A stretch of DNA of 64,000 nt from Cetorhinus maximus (lineage: Eukaryota), in NCBI RefSeq assembly GCF_964194155.1, contig NC_135880.1, positions 25,854,001 to 25,918,000 on the forward strand, given 5' to 3'. A model generated the notes under the pieces. The model saw only the letters and a program-made list of their open reading frames with translations, ran no database searches and was not told where the DNA came from. The stretch's first letter is position 1. Every line of letters begins with the position of its first letter. Of this stretch, positions 1-11,421 are shown piece by piece. A program made the position numbers and the translations under genes.

Positions 1-1890
1 GTTGGATTTGTCCTGAGTTTTGTGTACAGGACATACCGGGCCAATTTTCTACATAGCCGGGTAGATACTAGTGTTGTAGCTGTACTGGAACAGCTTGGCT
101 AAGGGTGTAGCAAGTTCTGGTGCACAAGTCTTCAGTACTATTGCCGGAATATTGTCAGGTCCCATAGCCTTTGCAGTATCCAGTGCCTTCAGCCATTTTT
201 TAATATCACGCGGGGTGAATCAAATTGACTGAAGACTGGCATCTGTGAAGCTGAGGACCTCCATAGAAGGCCAAGCTGGATCATCCGCTCGGCACTTCTG
301 ACTGAAGAATATAGAAAATGCTTCAGTCTTATCTTTTGCACTGATATACTGGGCTCCTCCATCATTGAGGATGTGGATAGTTGTGGAGCCTCCTCTTCAA
401 GTGAGTTGTTTAATTGTCCACCACCATTGATGACTGGATGTGGCAGGACTGCAGAGCTTAGATCTGATCAGTTGGTTCCAGGATCGCTTAGCTCTATCAC
501 TTGCTGATTGGCACACAAGTAGTCCTGTGTTGTAGCTTCACCAGGTTGATTCCTCATTTTTATGTATCCCTGGGGCTGCTCCTGGCATGCCCTCCTGCAC
601 TCTTCATTGAACCAGGGTTGATCCCCTGGCTTCATGGTAATCGTAGAGTGGGAAATATGCCAGGCCATGAGGTTACAGATTGTGTTCAAGTATAATTCTG
701 CTGCTGCTGATGGCTCATAGCACCTCATGGATGCCCAGTCTTGAGTTGCTAGATCTGTTGGAAATCTATCCCATTTAGCAAGGTGGTAGTGCCACACAAC
801 CATGATGGAGGGTATCCTCAATGTGAAGGTGGGACTTCATCTCCACAACGACTGTATGGTGGTCACTCATACCAATACTATTATGGACAGATGTCTCTGT
901 GGCAGGCAGGTTGGTGAGGATGAGGTCAATATGTTTTTCCCTCTTGTTGGTTTCCTCAGACCCAGTCTAGCAGCAATGTCACTTGGGGCTCGGCCAGCTC
1001 AGTCAGTAGTGGGCTACTGAGCCACTCTTGGTGATGGACATTGAAATCCCTCACCCAGAGTACATTCTGTGCCTTTGCCACCCTCTATGCTTCCTTCGCG
1101 TAACATTCAACATGGAGGAGTACAGATTCATCAGCTGAGGGAGGGTGGTAGGTGGTAATCAGCAGGAGGTTTCCTTGCCCATTTTTGATCTGATACCATG
1201 AGACTTCATAGGGTTGGAGTAGATGTTGAGGACTCCAGGGCAATTCCCTCCCAACTGTATACCACCGTGACGCAAAAGGTCCCCAAAGCATTACCCTGGG
1301 CCTCTGGATTACTGGTCCACTACACCATCACCTCCCCTTTGTGACTGCTCAAGCACCCAAGCAGGCAGGGAGGACCTCTAGGTCTGCCTGGAGCACCAGC
1401 TCCCCAGTTTGCCTTCTCCAGGCAACTAAACTGGCCCCGCCACCTACAGGAATATGATTCCATGAGGATGATTAGGTCAGGCTGTTGCTTGACTAGTCTG
1501 TGAGACAGCTAGCCCCCAGATGTTAATAAAGGGGACTTAGCAGGGTTGACAGGGCTGAGATTGCCGTTGTCTTTTCCGGTGCCTAGGTTGATACTGGGTG
1601 GTCCGTCCAGTTTCATTCTTTTTTTGTAACGGTTTGCTACACCATTTCTGAGTCAAACACATTGCTGTGGTTCTGGAGTCACATGTAGGCCGGCAGATTT
1701 CCTTCCCTAAAGGACATTAGTGAACCATATGGGTTTTTATAACAATTGACAATGGTTTCATGGTCATCATTAGACTTTTAATTCCAGATTTTTATTGAAT
1801 TCAAATTCCACCATGGTGGGAGCGAACCCGGGTCCCCAAAGCATTACCCTGGGCCTCTGGATTACTGGTCCACTACACCATCACCTCCCC
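1..1890 (-). mobile_element. LINE-A (APE-endonuclease/RT non-LTR retrotransposon, CR1/L2-group), 5' part with tRNA-like head; decayed, runs off the window start
   Basis: Minus-strand frames give EN/linker/RT-start peptides (EVSWYQIKNGQGNLLLITTYHPPSADESVLLHVE; KPGDQPWFNEECRRAC; AKAMGPDNIPAIVLKTCAPEL). The 5' end at ~1810-1890 reads TGGTGTAGTGG (A box)...GGTTCGCTCCC (B box). Interrupted by a duplication at 1278-1451. Confidence 0.85.
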
Positions 1891-2004
1891 TTTGTGACTG
1901 CTCAAGCACCCAAGCAGGCAGGGAGGACCTCTAGGTCTGCCTGGAGCACCAGCTCCCCAGTTTGCCTTCTCCAGGCAACTAAACTGGCCCCACCACCTAC
2001 GGGA
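1278..2004 (+). repeat. ~174-bp near-perfect direct duplication (1278-1451 = 1831-2004)
   Basis: GGTCCCCAAAGCATT...CCACCTAC(A/G)GGAA occurs twice, 553 bp apart, with 2 mismatches seen, both CpG-type transitions. Confidence 0.95.
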
Positions 2005-2622
2005 ACCTGGAGGCTAATTAGAAAAGTCCTGTCAGTCTCCTTTAATTGGTCTTCATAGGTTCTTACTGAGCTGGATTTTCCAGTGGGTTTTTACTGGCAG
2101 GTACCACTGTGTTCTTGCTGTGAGAAGGGCAGGAATCAGAATCTCTTGGTGTCCTTACACATGCACAGGCAGTTGGAAGCAATTCCAAGGTTTTATGATT
2201 AAAAAAAACACTTCCATAGGTTGTTTACAGCTGCAATAATTGCTACTGAAAACTTGCTGCAATTTAAAATGGGTCTCAATAAGTTTTACTGAATCCTTTG
2301 CAAGAGCTGACATAGTATAATGGCCTCGAATTTGTGGAGCTTTTGATGATGGGCTGTCTCTAAATACCAGCACAAGTTCAGGATTTAGCACAAGTGCAGA
2401 TGAATGCAGAAATCCTGAAGCTGGAGCCAATGATTCACTACTCCATCACAGCCTATGCTGTGGACTGCACCACCACCCCCCCACACCACCTCCAACCATT
2501 GCCCCCCCCACATCCCAGAGACAGCAATCAGTGAAAAAAATGGATCTAGTGAAAACCTCCCCTCTTCCACTCTCACTTTGCTCTTTAAAACTACATAATA
2601 ATTCAGGCTTTGTTCAAAGTTT

Positions 2623-3906
2623 TGGTTCACTAATGTCCTTCAGGGAAGGAAATCTTCCGCCCTCACCTGGTCTGGCCAACATGTGACTCCAGACCCACAG
2701 CAATGTGGTTGACTCTCAAATGCCCTCTGAAATGGCCTAGCAAGCCACTCAGTTGTATTAAACCTCTGAAAAGTCAATAAAAAGGAATGAAATCAGACAG
2801 GCCAACCGGCATTGACCTAGGCACCGGAAATGACAACAGCAAACTCAGCCCTGTCAATCCTTCAGAGTCATCCTTACTAACATCTGGGGCTTGTGCCAGA
2901 ATCGGGAGAGCTGTCCCACAGACTAATCAAGCAACAGCCTGACATAGTCATCCTCACGGAATCATATCTTACAGATAATGTCACCACCGTCACCATCACT
3001 ATCCCTGGGTATGTCCTGTCCCACTGGCAGGACAGGCCCAGCAGAGGTGGCGCACAGTGATATACAGTCGGGAGGGAATTACCCTGAGAGTCCTCAACAT
3101 CGACTCTGGACCCCATGAAGTCTCATGGCATCAGGTCAAACATGGGCAAGGAGACCTTCCTGATTATCAAATATCACCCCGCCCCAGCCCCTTCAGCAGA
3201 TGAGTCAGTGCTCCTCCATGTTGAAAACCACTTGGAGGAAGCATTGAGAGTGACAAGGGCGCAGCGTGCACTCTGAGTCGGCGACTTCAATGTCTATCAC
3301 CAAAAGTGGCTCAGTAGCACCACCTCAGACTGAGCTGGTCGAATCCAAAGGACATGGCTGCTAGACTGGGTTTGTGGTAGGTGGTGAGGGAATCAACAAG
3401 TGGGAAAAACATACTTGACCTCATCCTCACCAACCTGTCTGCTGCAGATGCATCTGTCCATTACAGTGTCGGTAGAAGTGACCACTGCACAGTCCTTGTG
3501 GAGTGAAGTCCCTCCTTCACAGTGAGGATTCCCCCCCATCGTGTGGCACTACCACCTTGTTAAATGGGATAGATTTCGAACAGATCTAGGAACTCAAGGC
3601 TGGGGATCCAAGAGGCGCTGTGGGCCATCAGCAGTAGCAAAATTGTACTCAACCACAATCTGTAACCTCATGGCCCAACATATCCCCCACCGTACCATTA
3701 CCACCAAGCCAGGGGATCAACCCTAGTTTAATGAAGAGTGCAGGAGGGCATGCCAGGAAGGCATACCTAAAGATGAGGAGTCAACCTGGTGAAGCTACAA
3801 CACAGGACTACTTGCATGTCAAACAGCATACGTAGCAAGTGCTAGAGCTAAGTGATTTCTCAGCCAGTAGATCAGATCTAAGCTCCGCAGTCCTGCCACA
3901 TCCAGT
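2623..3906 (+). mobile_element. LINE-A 5' region (SINE-like leader + endonuclease + linker), decayed and 3'-truncated
   Basis: Starts in the SINE-A body (TGGTTCACTAATGTCCTTCAGGGAAGGAAATC), then NIWG..ELSHRLIKQQPDIVILTESYL, GDFNV, LDLIL, SDHCTV, WDRFRTDL, KPGDQP; frameshifts and stops present. Confidence 0.85.
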
Positions 3907-4755
3907 TTGATACAATCTGCCAGTCATTGGGACATACGGCCTATGTACCTGAGATCACACTGGCACTGAAATTCACACACCACATTACTCATTTGTGTGC
4001 TAGGCGGAACATCTTTTTGGATTGACGGCAGCATCTTGTTAGTGGAGAATACCACTTGCATTGCTACTGCATAATGGCAGCTTGAAATGGCTAGCTGCAC
4101 CTGTTATTCAAATCTTTGAGATACTTTATGCTTCCAGAGTAATTTGAGGTAGGTTGGGTACTTTTCAGGTCTGAAAATGGTAGCCTTGGGCCCATTCGTG
4201 AGTATATGTGATACACTGCAAGCAATGACCTGATCAGGGTAGCGATTATCCTGGAGTATAGCTTTGGTGTGCCTTATTTCAGCATCAAGCTTGCATGGTG
4301 AGCAAATAGCTCAGGTCCTATTTACGAGATTGCTGATAAGGCCAATCTTATAGCAAGTGGAGGTGTAAGAATCCCAATGTGTATATTGACCAGTGAAGGT
4401 AGGTTTCTAGTAGACAGTAATAGAGAACCCGCTGTCAGATTTCTCAAGTAGTATATAGGGGAAAGGGAGCTCACTCAACTGCTCCATTTCAAAGGTAAAT
4501 TTGAGCAGGCAATGGAATATATTAAGATGTTGTAGGAAAATTCTTACATGCAGCTGCAGATTCAAATGTAGCAAACGTCTCATCCACATTTTGGAAATAT
4601 GCCATGGATAAGAGATTCGGGATCATTCCATCGAAAACATGTTTCTTGTGGAAATTGATGAAAATGTCAGCAAGAGATGGGCCTAGAGGGGATCCCATGG
4701 GCAATAGCATCAGCTGGTGTATACATATTGTCATTAAAGCTGAACTCAACTGCAT
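3907..4755 (-). mobile_element. Penelope-like element (family 1): RT, thumb and start of GIY-YIG; continues at ~6739-6790 beyond a CR1 insertion
   Basis: MGSPLGPSLADIF..YFQNVDETF (degenerate YVDD), LPFPYILLEKSDSGFSITVY, NVVCEFQCQCDLRYIGRMSQ; the matching upstream RT piece (ELMNLATS) lies at 6739-6790. Confidence 0.8.
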
Positions 4756-6738
4756 GAACATATGAACATACAAGTTCGGTGCAAGACTAAAGCGCCTTGA
4801 GCCTGCTCTGCCATTTAATAAGATCATGGCTGATCTGATTGTGGCCTCAATTCTCCTTTCCTTCTACCCCCTATACCCTTTTACTCACTTATCAAGCAAG
4901 AATATATCTAACTCAGCCTTAAAAATATTCAATGACCCTACCTCTCTGGGGAAGAGAATTCCACAGACCAATGACCCTCTGAGAGAGACAAAAAAATCTC
5001 CTCATCTCCATCTGAAAAGGGAGGCTCCTTATTTTTCATCTATGTCCCCTAGTTCTAGTCTCACCCATAAGGGGAAACATTCTCTCAGCATCCACCTTGC
5101 CAAGTCTCCTCAGGATCTTATGTTTCAATAAGGTTACCTCTCATCTAAACTCCAATAGATACAGGCCCAACCTGCCCAACCCTTCCTCATAAGATAACCC
5201 CCCGCATCCCAGGAATCAATCGAGTGAACCTTCTCAGCACTGCTTCTAATGCAATTATATCCTTTCTTAAATAAGGAGACCAAAATTGTACACAGTGCCC
5301 TAGATGTAGTTTCACCAACACCCTGTACAACTGTAGCAAAACTTCCCTACTTTTATATTCCATTGCTTTGGCAATAAACAACAACATTCCATTTACCGCC
5401 TTAATCACTTGCTATACCTGGACACTAACTTTATGTGATTCATGTACCAGGACACCCAGATCCCTCTGCACATCAGAGTTATAGAGTCATAGAGTTTTCC
5501 AGGACAGAAACAGGCCCTTTGGCCCATTCTGCCTGTGCCGGCCATCAAGCTGCTATCTACTCTAATCCCATTTTCCAGCACTTGGCCCGTAGCCCTTTAT
5601 GCTATGGCGTTTCAGGTGCTCATCTAAATACTTCTTAAATGTTGTGAGGTTCCTGCATCTGCCACCCCCTCAGGCAGTGTGTTCCAGATTCCAATCACCC
5701 TCTGGGTGAAAAAGGTTTTCTTCAAATCCCCTCTGAACCTCCTGCCCTTACCTTAAATCAATGCCCCCTGGTTATTGACACCTCCACTAAGGGGAAAAGT
5801 TTCTTCCTATCTACCCTATCTATGCCCCTCATAATTTTGTATACCTCTATTAGATCGCCCCTCAGCCTTCTCTGCTCTAAGGAAAACAACCCTAGCCTAT
5901 CCAGTCTCTCTTCATAGCTGAAATGCTCCAGCCCAGGCGACTTCTGCAATCTCTCTCCATTTAAATAAGATACTGCTTTTCTATTCTCCCTGCCAAAGTG
6001 GACAAGTTCACATTTTCCCACATATACTCCATCTGCCAAATTTTTGCCCACTCACTTAACCTATGCATATCCATTTGTAGACTCCTTACGTCCTCTTCAC
6101 CATTCATTCTCCCACCTATCTTTGTGTCATCAGCAAACATAGCAACCATACATTTGGTCCCTTCATCCAAATCATTGATATGGATTGTAAATAGTTGAGG
6201 GCCTGGCACTGCTCCCTCTGGCACTCCACTAATTACAGCTTGCCAACCTGAAAATGACTCCTTTATCCCTACTCTCTGTTTCCCGTTAGCTAACCAATCA
6301 TCTATGCATGCTGATATCTTACCCCCTAAACCATGAGCTCTTATTTTGTGTAGTATCTTTGATGCAGTACCTTGTCAAATGCCTTTTGGAAATCTAAGTA
6401 CTTCACATCTACAGGTTCCACTTTATCCATGTTGCTTGTTAGTTCCTCAAAGAACTCTAATCATTTAGTCAAACATGATTGCCCTTTCACAAAACTTTGC
6501 TGACTCGCCTAATTGCATTAAGGTTTTCCAAGTGCCCTGCCAGAACAGAATTTTAGCATTTTCCCTATGACAGATGTTAGGCTAACTTGTCTGTCGTTTC
6601 CTGCTTTCTGTTTCCCCACTTTCTTGAATAGAGGAGTTACATTTGGTATGGGATGGGACCTTTCCAGAATCTAGGGAATTTTGGAAAATTACAACTAATG
6701 CATTAACTATCTCCTCAGCCACTGTTTATAAGTTCTTA
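4756..6738 (-). mobile_element. CR1 LINE, 3' ~1.5 kb (RT + 3'UTR), inserted in the Penelope element
   Basis: GPQLFTIHINDLDEGTKCMVAMFADDTKIGG and YKSREVLLQLYRVLVKLHLGHCVQFWSPYLRKDI; microsatellite-like tail at 4756-4770. Confidence 0.9.
5480..5940 (-). mobile_element. Second CR1 3' fragment nested in the CR1 above
   Basis: Has its own tail (ATAGAGTCATAGAG) and SYEERLDRLGLFSLEQRRLRGDLIEVYKIMRG; host CR1 sequence resumes at ~5941. Confidence 0.85.
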
Positions 6739-6859
6739 GCAGAAGTTGCTAGGTTCATAAGTTCAGAGAATAAGATTCATTGCCAAAGCTAGGAAGCTAT
6801 AGACATATGTGTCATGTTGCTATCTCATGGAAATGTAGACAAGCTGCCATTTTCTGAAT

Positions 6860-7495
6860 CACTAACAAGATGCTGCCGTGAAGCTAAAAAGACATTCTGA
6901 CAACGCACAAATGTGTAATATGGTATATGAATTTCAGTGCCGGTGGGATTCCATGTACGTAGGTTGTACTTCCCAACAGCTTGCAGATCATATCAAACAG
7001 CATGCCCCTTTAGTTATTCGCAATAGATAGAGTACTGACTGTACTCAGCCAGCCTTTGCTTTCAAAACTCGGGACATAATGTCCAACATTACATCTGATT
7101 CTACGAGTGATTCTACCACTTGCTGAACAATCCCAAGTGTGCTAAGAATTACACTAACAATCAATTTAAGGTTATAAATCAGGCTCGCAATACGGCTCAC
7201 TTATGCTTGCTAGAAGCTACATATATTCATTCCCAGGGACCTATTCTCTTCAGGGAAAAGGAAAATGTCTAGACGTTGTGCAATTTTTGAATTAAACAAA
7301 AGGGCGGAGGACAATAGTTCCCTGGTGCATTCTCCATGGCAATGCCTCAACCAATCATAGCCAACTTGCCAACCAATCGGCAGCCTTTTCTCAAGCAGTA
7401 TAAGTTGTTGATCTTTTTGAAATTTGGCATTCTTGTGTCTGTCAGAATGAGTGCAAGATAAAAAGCTTCAATAGCATGTCTCTTTTTTCAGTAAT
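6860..7495 (+). mobile_element. Penelope-like element (family 1): GIY-YIG end + pLTR with degenerate hammerhead motif
   Basis: MVYEFQCRWDSMYVGCTSQQLADHIKQH..HLLNNP..LLEATYI; CCAAT/TATA-like pLTR; decayed CUGAUGA..GAAA-like segment near 7440-7470. Confidence 0.75.
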
Positions 7496-7521
7496 AATAG
7501 CTACTACTAAACAACTGATCT

Positions 7522-7885
7522 GGCCCTGAAAATGTATGGGAATGTTGTTAAATGCCTCCATTATTTTATATAATTAAAAATTTAATGTTTTAAAATTATT
7601 GACCCCATGTGTATGTCCCACTCTTTATTTCACTCTCTATAATTTTTTTTTTAGAAAATCATTTGATTATTAGTGCTTTTCATATCCTGCTAAGCAATGA
7701 GAATTCTTGAATGGGATTGGCTGCTTGGATGGCTTGAAGACATCACTGTCGCTCAGCGTAGGGAATCCCCATTAAACTGCGCTATAATCATTTGCACGCC
7801 AAGAGAGGTAAAGTTCTCACCACAGAGATAGCTAGATCTCTCAGCAAGGCTTTCTTCTACGTCAGCAGCAAGCAAAATTTGGGCC
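7522..7885. mobile_element. Old Harbinger-type MITE remnant
   Basis: Imperfect terminal inverted repeats GGCCCTGAAAAT / AAAATTTGGGCC. Confidence 0.4.
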
Positions 7886-8149
7886 TATATCTGCTGTAAA
7901 TTTCTTTTGCACAGTAATTGCAAATTCGTTTATTGTTCACATGATGAAGTCTGAAATGTTGTCTGATGTTTTATGCACTCTGCTTCTTAAGGACATGAAA
8001 AAGGTTCTGTGCCATGACAGGATAGACCAGCAGGCCAGGAACTTTTAAAGAAAGCGTTTTGTTTGTTTTCCTGGGTACGTTACTCGAAATTTACCTAGAT
8101 ATCAAAGAAGAGAGGGTGAAGAATATCTCAACATAATCGAAGTCACAGA

Positions 8150-9290
8150 ACAACAACAGCAGTAACTGGCTATTATATAGTGCCTTAAAATCTTTCTCTT
8201 TGCACATGCTTCACAGGAGTGTGATCAAACAAGATTTGACACTAGGCCACATAAGGGGATATTCGGACAGGTGACCAATAGTCTGTTCAAAAAGAAATAT
8301 TTTAAGGAATGATAAAGGGAGAGAGGCAGAAATGTTTAGGGAGGAAATTCCATATCATTGGCCTAGCCAGTTGAAGGCACAGCCATCGATGGTGAAGTAA
8401 TTACTTTGGAGGAGCGCACAGATCTCAGAAGGTTATAGGCCTGCAGGAGGTTACAGAGATAAGGTGGGGTGAGGGCATAGAGTCAATTGGAAACAAGACT
8501 GAAAACTTTAAAACTGAGGCATTACCAGACTGAGAGACAATGACACGGATGTTCCAGTCTCAGATGGTCGTACCCCAGAGGTAGCCTGGAAGATGTGCTG
8601 AGGGACCCCTTGGAAATCCCAATGCACGAATTACACAGAAATTTCCCAGGAACCCTCAACTTCCATTGGCAATTACCCTGCATCTGGAATCCTCCAAAAC
8701 TCTGACTTAAAGTTGGAGACTTCAGAGATGGCTCTGACTCACTTAGCAGAATCATTACCCAGGAAAAGTTAGAAGGATTAAATCCCAGCTCCTGGGTAAC
8801 TATACTATTGAGCCCCTGACCCCCCACTGGACCACCTGACTACCCCGCTGACACCCCCATTGGATCCCCAGACAACCTGACTACCCCCCCACCCCCTGAC
8901 TGCACCACTCTAACCACCCAACTAACCCCCCACCTCCCTGACCGCCCCCCACGATTACCTACCCATGCCCCACCCCCCGACTACTCCCCCACACCCCTAG
9001 CCCGAACTATCCCTTGACCCCTCGACTACTCTCCTGATGCCCAACTATCTCTCCATCCCCGATCCCCCCTGCACCCCCGATCACTCATCTGCCCCTGCAA
9101 CGCCCGATCCCCTGACTACCCCCTAGACCCCTTGACTGCCTCCTAGATCCCCTGACCAACTCACTGCCTAGAGACAGTGGAAAAATCAATAGAGGTGGTG
9201 GTATGGTAGAAACGTGTAACATCAGCTAAAGTGTAGAATTTGGTATTGTGTTTACGGATGATGTCACCAAAGGGCAGCATGTAAATGGGA
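8150..9290 (-). mobile_element. L2 LINE 3' region, interrupted by MITE-B (~8546-9168)
   Basis: Reverse complement of the L2-type 3' end also seen at 18070-18285 and 53000-53385; an RT-like stretch resumes at ~9170. Confidence 0.6.
8546..9168 (+). mobile_element. MITE-B partial copy with C-rich (CCCCGACT-like) tract
   Basis: Colinear with 24714-24892 + 25662-25900. Confidence 0.6.
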
Positions 9291-9384
9291 AATGAAGTAT
9301 GCAAATAAGAAGGGCAGAAAGTATTCAGAAAAGTAACATTATAGAACCTAAAATATTTTTAATGACTAAGTTATGGCAGTATCT

Positions 9385-9403
9385 CAGCTTGGCTCATTTG
9401 GCA

Positions 9404-9434
<31 letters not shown>

Positions 9435-9720
9435 TCTGAGTATAAAGATGTGAATTCATGCTTCATGTCGAGGGCTGAGTTTATAATCTGAGCTGATGTA
9501 CCAGAACAGTCTCATCTGCTTGTTCAAATGTTTCAGATCATTGTGAAAAGGTCTCATGCGACTATTTAAAGAGTGGAGAGTTGTTCCTGTGTTCTAGCCA
9601 ATATTCCTCCCCCAATCAAAAAATCTGGCGAACTGACTATTCATCCCACTGCACTGTGTGAGGCGTTACTGGTTTTCAAAAAGTTACGGGTTGACCTCAA
9701 TGCAAATTGCTGCACTTCCG
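9385..9720 (+). mobile_element. Degenerate Deu-domain SINE with (TA)n microsatellite at ~9404-9428
   Basis: Decayed tRNA-like head plus GAGAGTTGTTCCTGTGTTCTAGCCAATATT Deu-like core. Confidence 0.5.
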
Positions 9721-10048
9721 ATCTGATTCAGTGGGGAGAATTTTTCCAGCCCCCACCAGTGTACTTGTAGGCTGAGGGCATGTAAAATAAAACATGTGGC
9801 TAACTCACCACCTTCCCCCCCACCCAGTCCTGTCCTATACTACAGTGGATGGGTAAGGTGTCAGCCAGTCTACCTGCCCTTAGACTTGCTGATTAAAATC
9901 CAGTTAAGCGCCTGTTACCACTCCTCCACAATATACACGTGGCTGGGGAAAGCAGGACAAAGGAGGCCAGCTTGCTACTCTTCCTGAAAGAAAAACAGAA
10001 AACCCTGGAAAAACTCAGCAGGTATGATAACATCTGTGGAGAGAAAAA

Positions 10049-10091
10049 GCAGAGTTGACGTTTCGAGTCAGTATGACCCTTCTTCAGAGCT
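10049..10091 (-). ncRNA. Minimal hammerhead ribozyme motif in pLTR
   Basis: Minus strand AGCT-CTGAAGA-AGGGTC-ATACT-GACTC-GAAACGTC-AACT: CUGANGA and GAAA core, stem II, palindromic ultra-short stem III. Confidence 0.7.
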
Positions 10092-11377
10092 ACGGAGGAG
10101 TAGAAATGTGATGAAATTTATACTGCTTAAGCGGGGGGCGTGGAGCAGGTGAAGCTGGATAGAAGGCCAGTGATAGGTGGGGGCAAAGGAGAGATTGACA
10201 AAGATGTCATGAACAAAAGGACAAAAGGAGTGTTAATCGTAGTGGTAAGAGCTAAAGAAGGTGCTGATAGTAGCATAATAGTAAGAAAGCAGAATGTGAT
10301 AATAGCAGAACCGGGGTAAGCGCTCTGGAAAGAACAACATGAACAAGATGGCCCTTGAGGGGGTGGGGTGGGGAAAAAAGGATCAAAAGTGGGATAAAAG
10401 GGGGAATAAAAAGGGGATAAAACAATGGATAAATGAATAAAAGTTAAAATAAGTGGATAAAAAAATGAATTTTGAAAAAAGAGTTAAAAAAAAGGTTGAA
10501 GATGGAGGGGAGACTTCATGGTCTGAAGTTGTTGAACTCAATGTTAAGTCCGGAACTCAATGCTAATCGGAAGATGAAGTGCAGTTCCCCCAGTTTGCGT
10601 TGGGCTTCACTGGAACACTACAGCAGGCCAAAGTTGGACATGTGGACATGAGAGCAGGATGGTGTGTTAAAATGGCAATCAACAGGAGGGTCTTGGTCAT
10701 GCTTGTAGACAGACTGAAGATGTTCCGCAAAGTGGCCACCTAGTCTGTGTTTAGTCTCTCCAATTTCGAGGAGAGCGCATTGGGAACAGCGAATGCAGTG
10801 GACCAAATTGAAGGAGGTGCAAGTAAAGCGCTGAATGCTGATGGGGGCGGGGGGATGAGGGGTAGATGTGTTCGGTGGTGACATCATGCTGCAGTTGGTG
10901 GAAATGGCGGAGGATGATCCTTTGAATGAGGAGGCTGGTGGGGTGAAAAGTGAGGCAAGAGAGACCCTATCATGGTTCTGGGAGGGAGAAGAAGGTGTGA
11001 GGGCAGAGTTGCGGGAGATGGGTCGGATATGGTTGAAGGTCATGTCAACCACAGTGGGTGGGAAACCTCAGTTAAGGAAGAAGGAAGACATGTCAGAAGC
11101 GTTGTTTTGGAAAGTGGCATCATCGGAACAGATGCAATGAAGGAACTGAGAGAATGGGAATGTTCTGCTATTATCACCCATTCTGCTTTCTTACCTTTAT
11201 GCCACTATCAGCACCTTTTTTAGCCCTTACTACTACCATTAACACTCCCTTTGTCCTTTTGTTCATGACATCTTTGTCAATCTCTCCTTTGTCCCCACCT
11301 ATCACTGGCCTTCTATCCAACTTCACCTGCTCCACTCACCTTAAGCAGTATACATTTCATCACATTTCTACTTCTCT

Positions 11378-11421
11378 GCAGCTCTGAAGAAGGGCCATAT
11401 GGACTCGAAACATTAACTCTG
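11378..11421 (+). ncRNA. Minimal hammerhead motif, second pLTR (partly mutated)
   Basis: CTGAAGA-AGGGCCATATGGACTC-GAAACATT-AACT. Confidence 0.55.

Noticed and set aside
7992-8074. Exon-like frame HEKGSVP*QDRPAGQELLKKAFCLFSW with in-frame TGA (selenocysteine idea)
   Set aside because: No resemblance to a selenoprotein I know and no SECIS seen; short enough to be chance.
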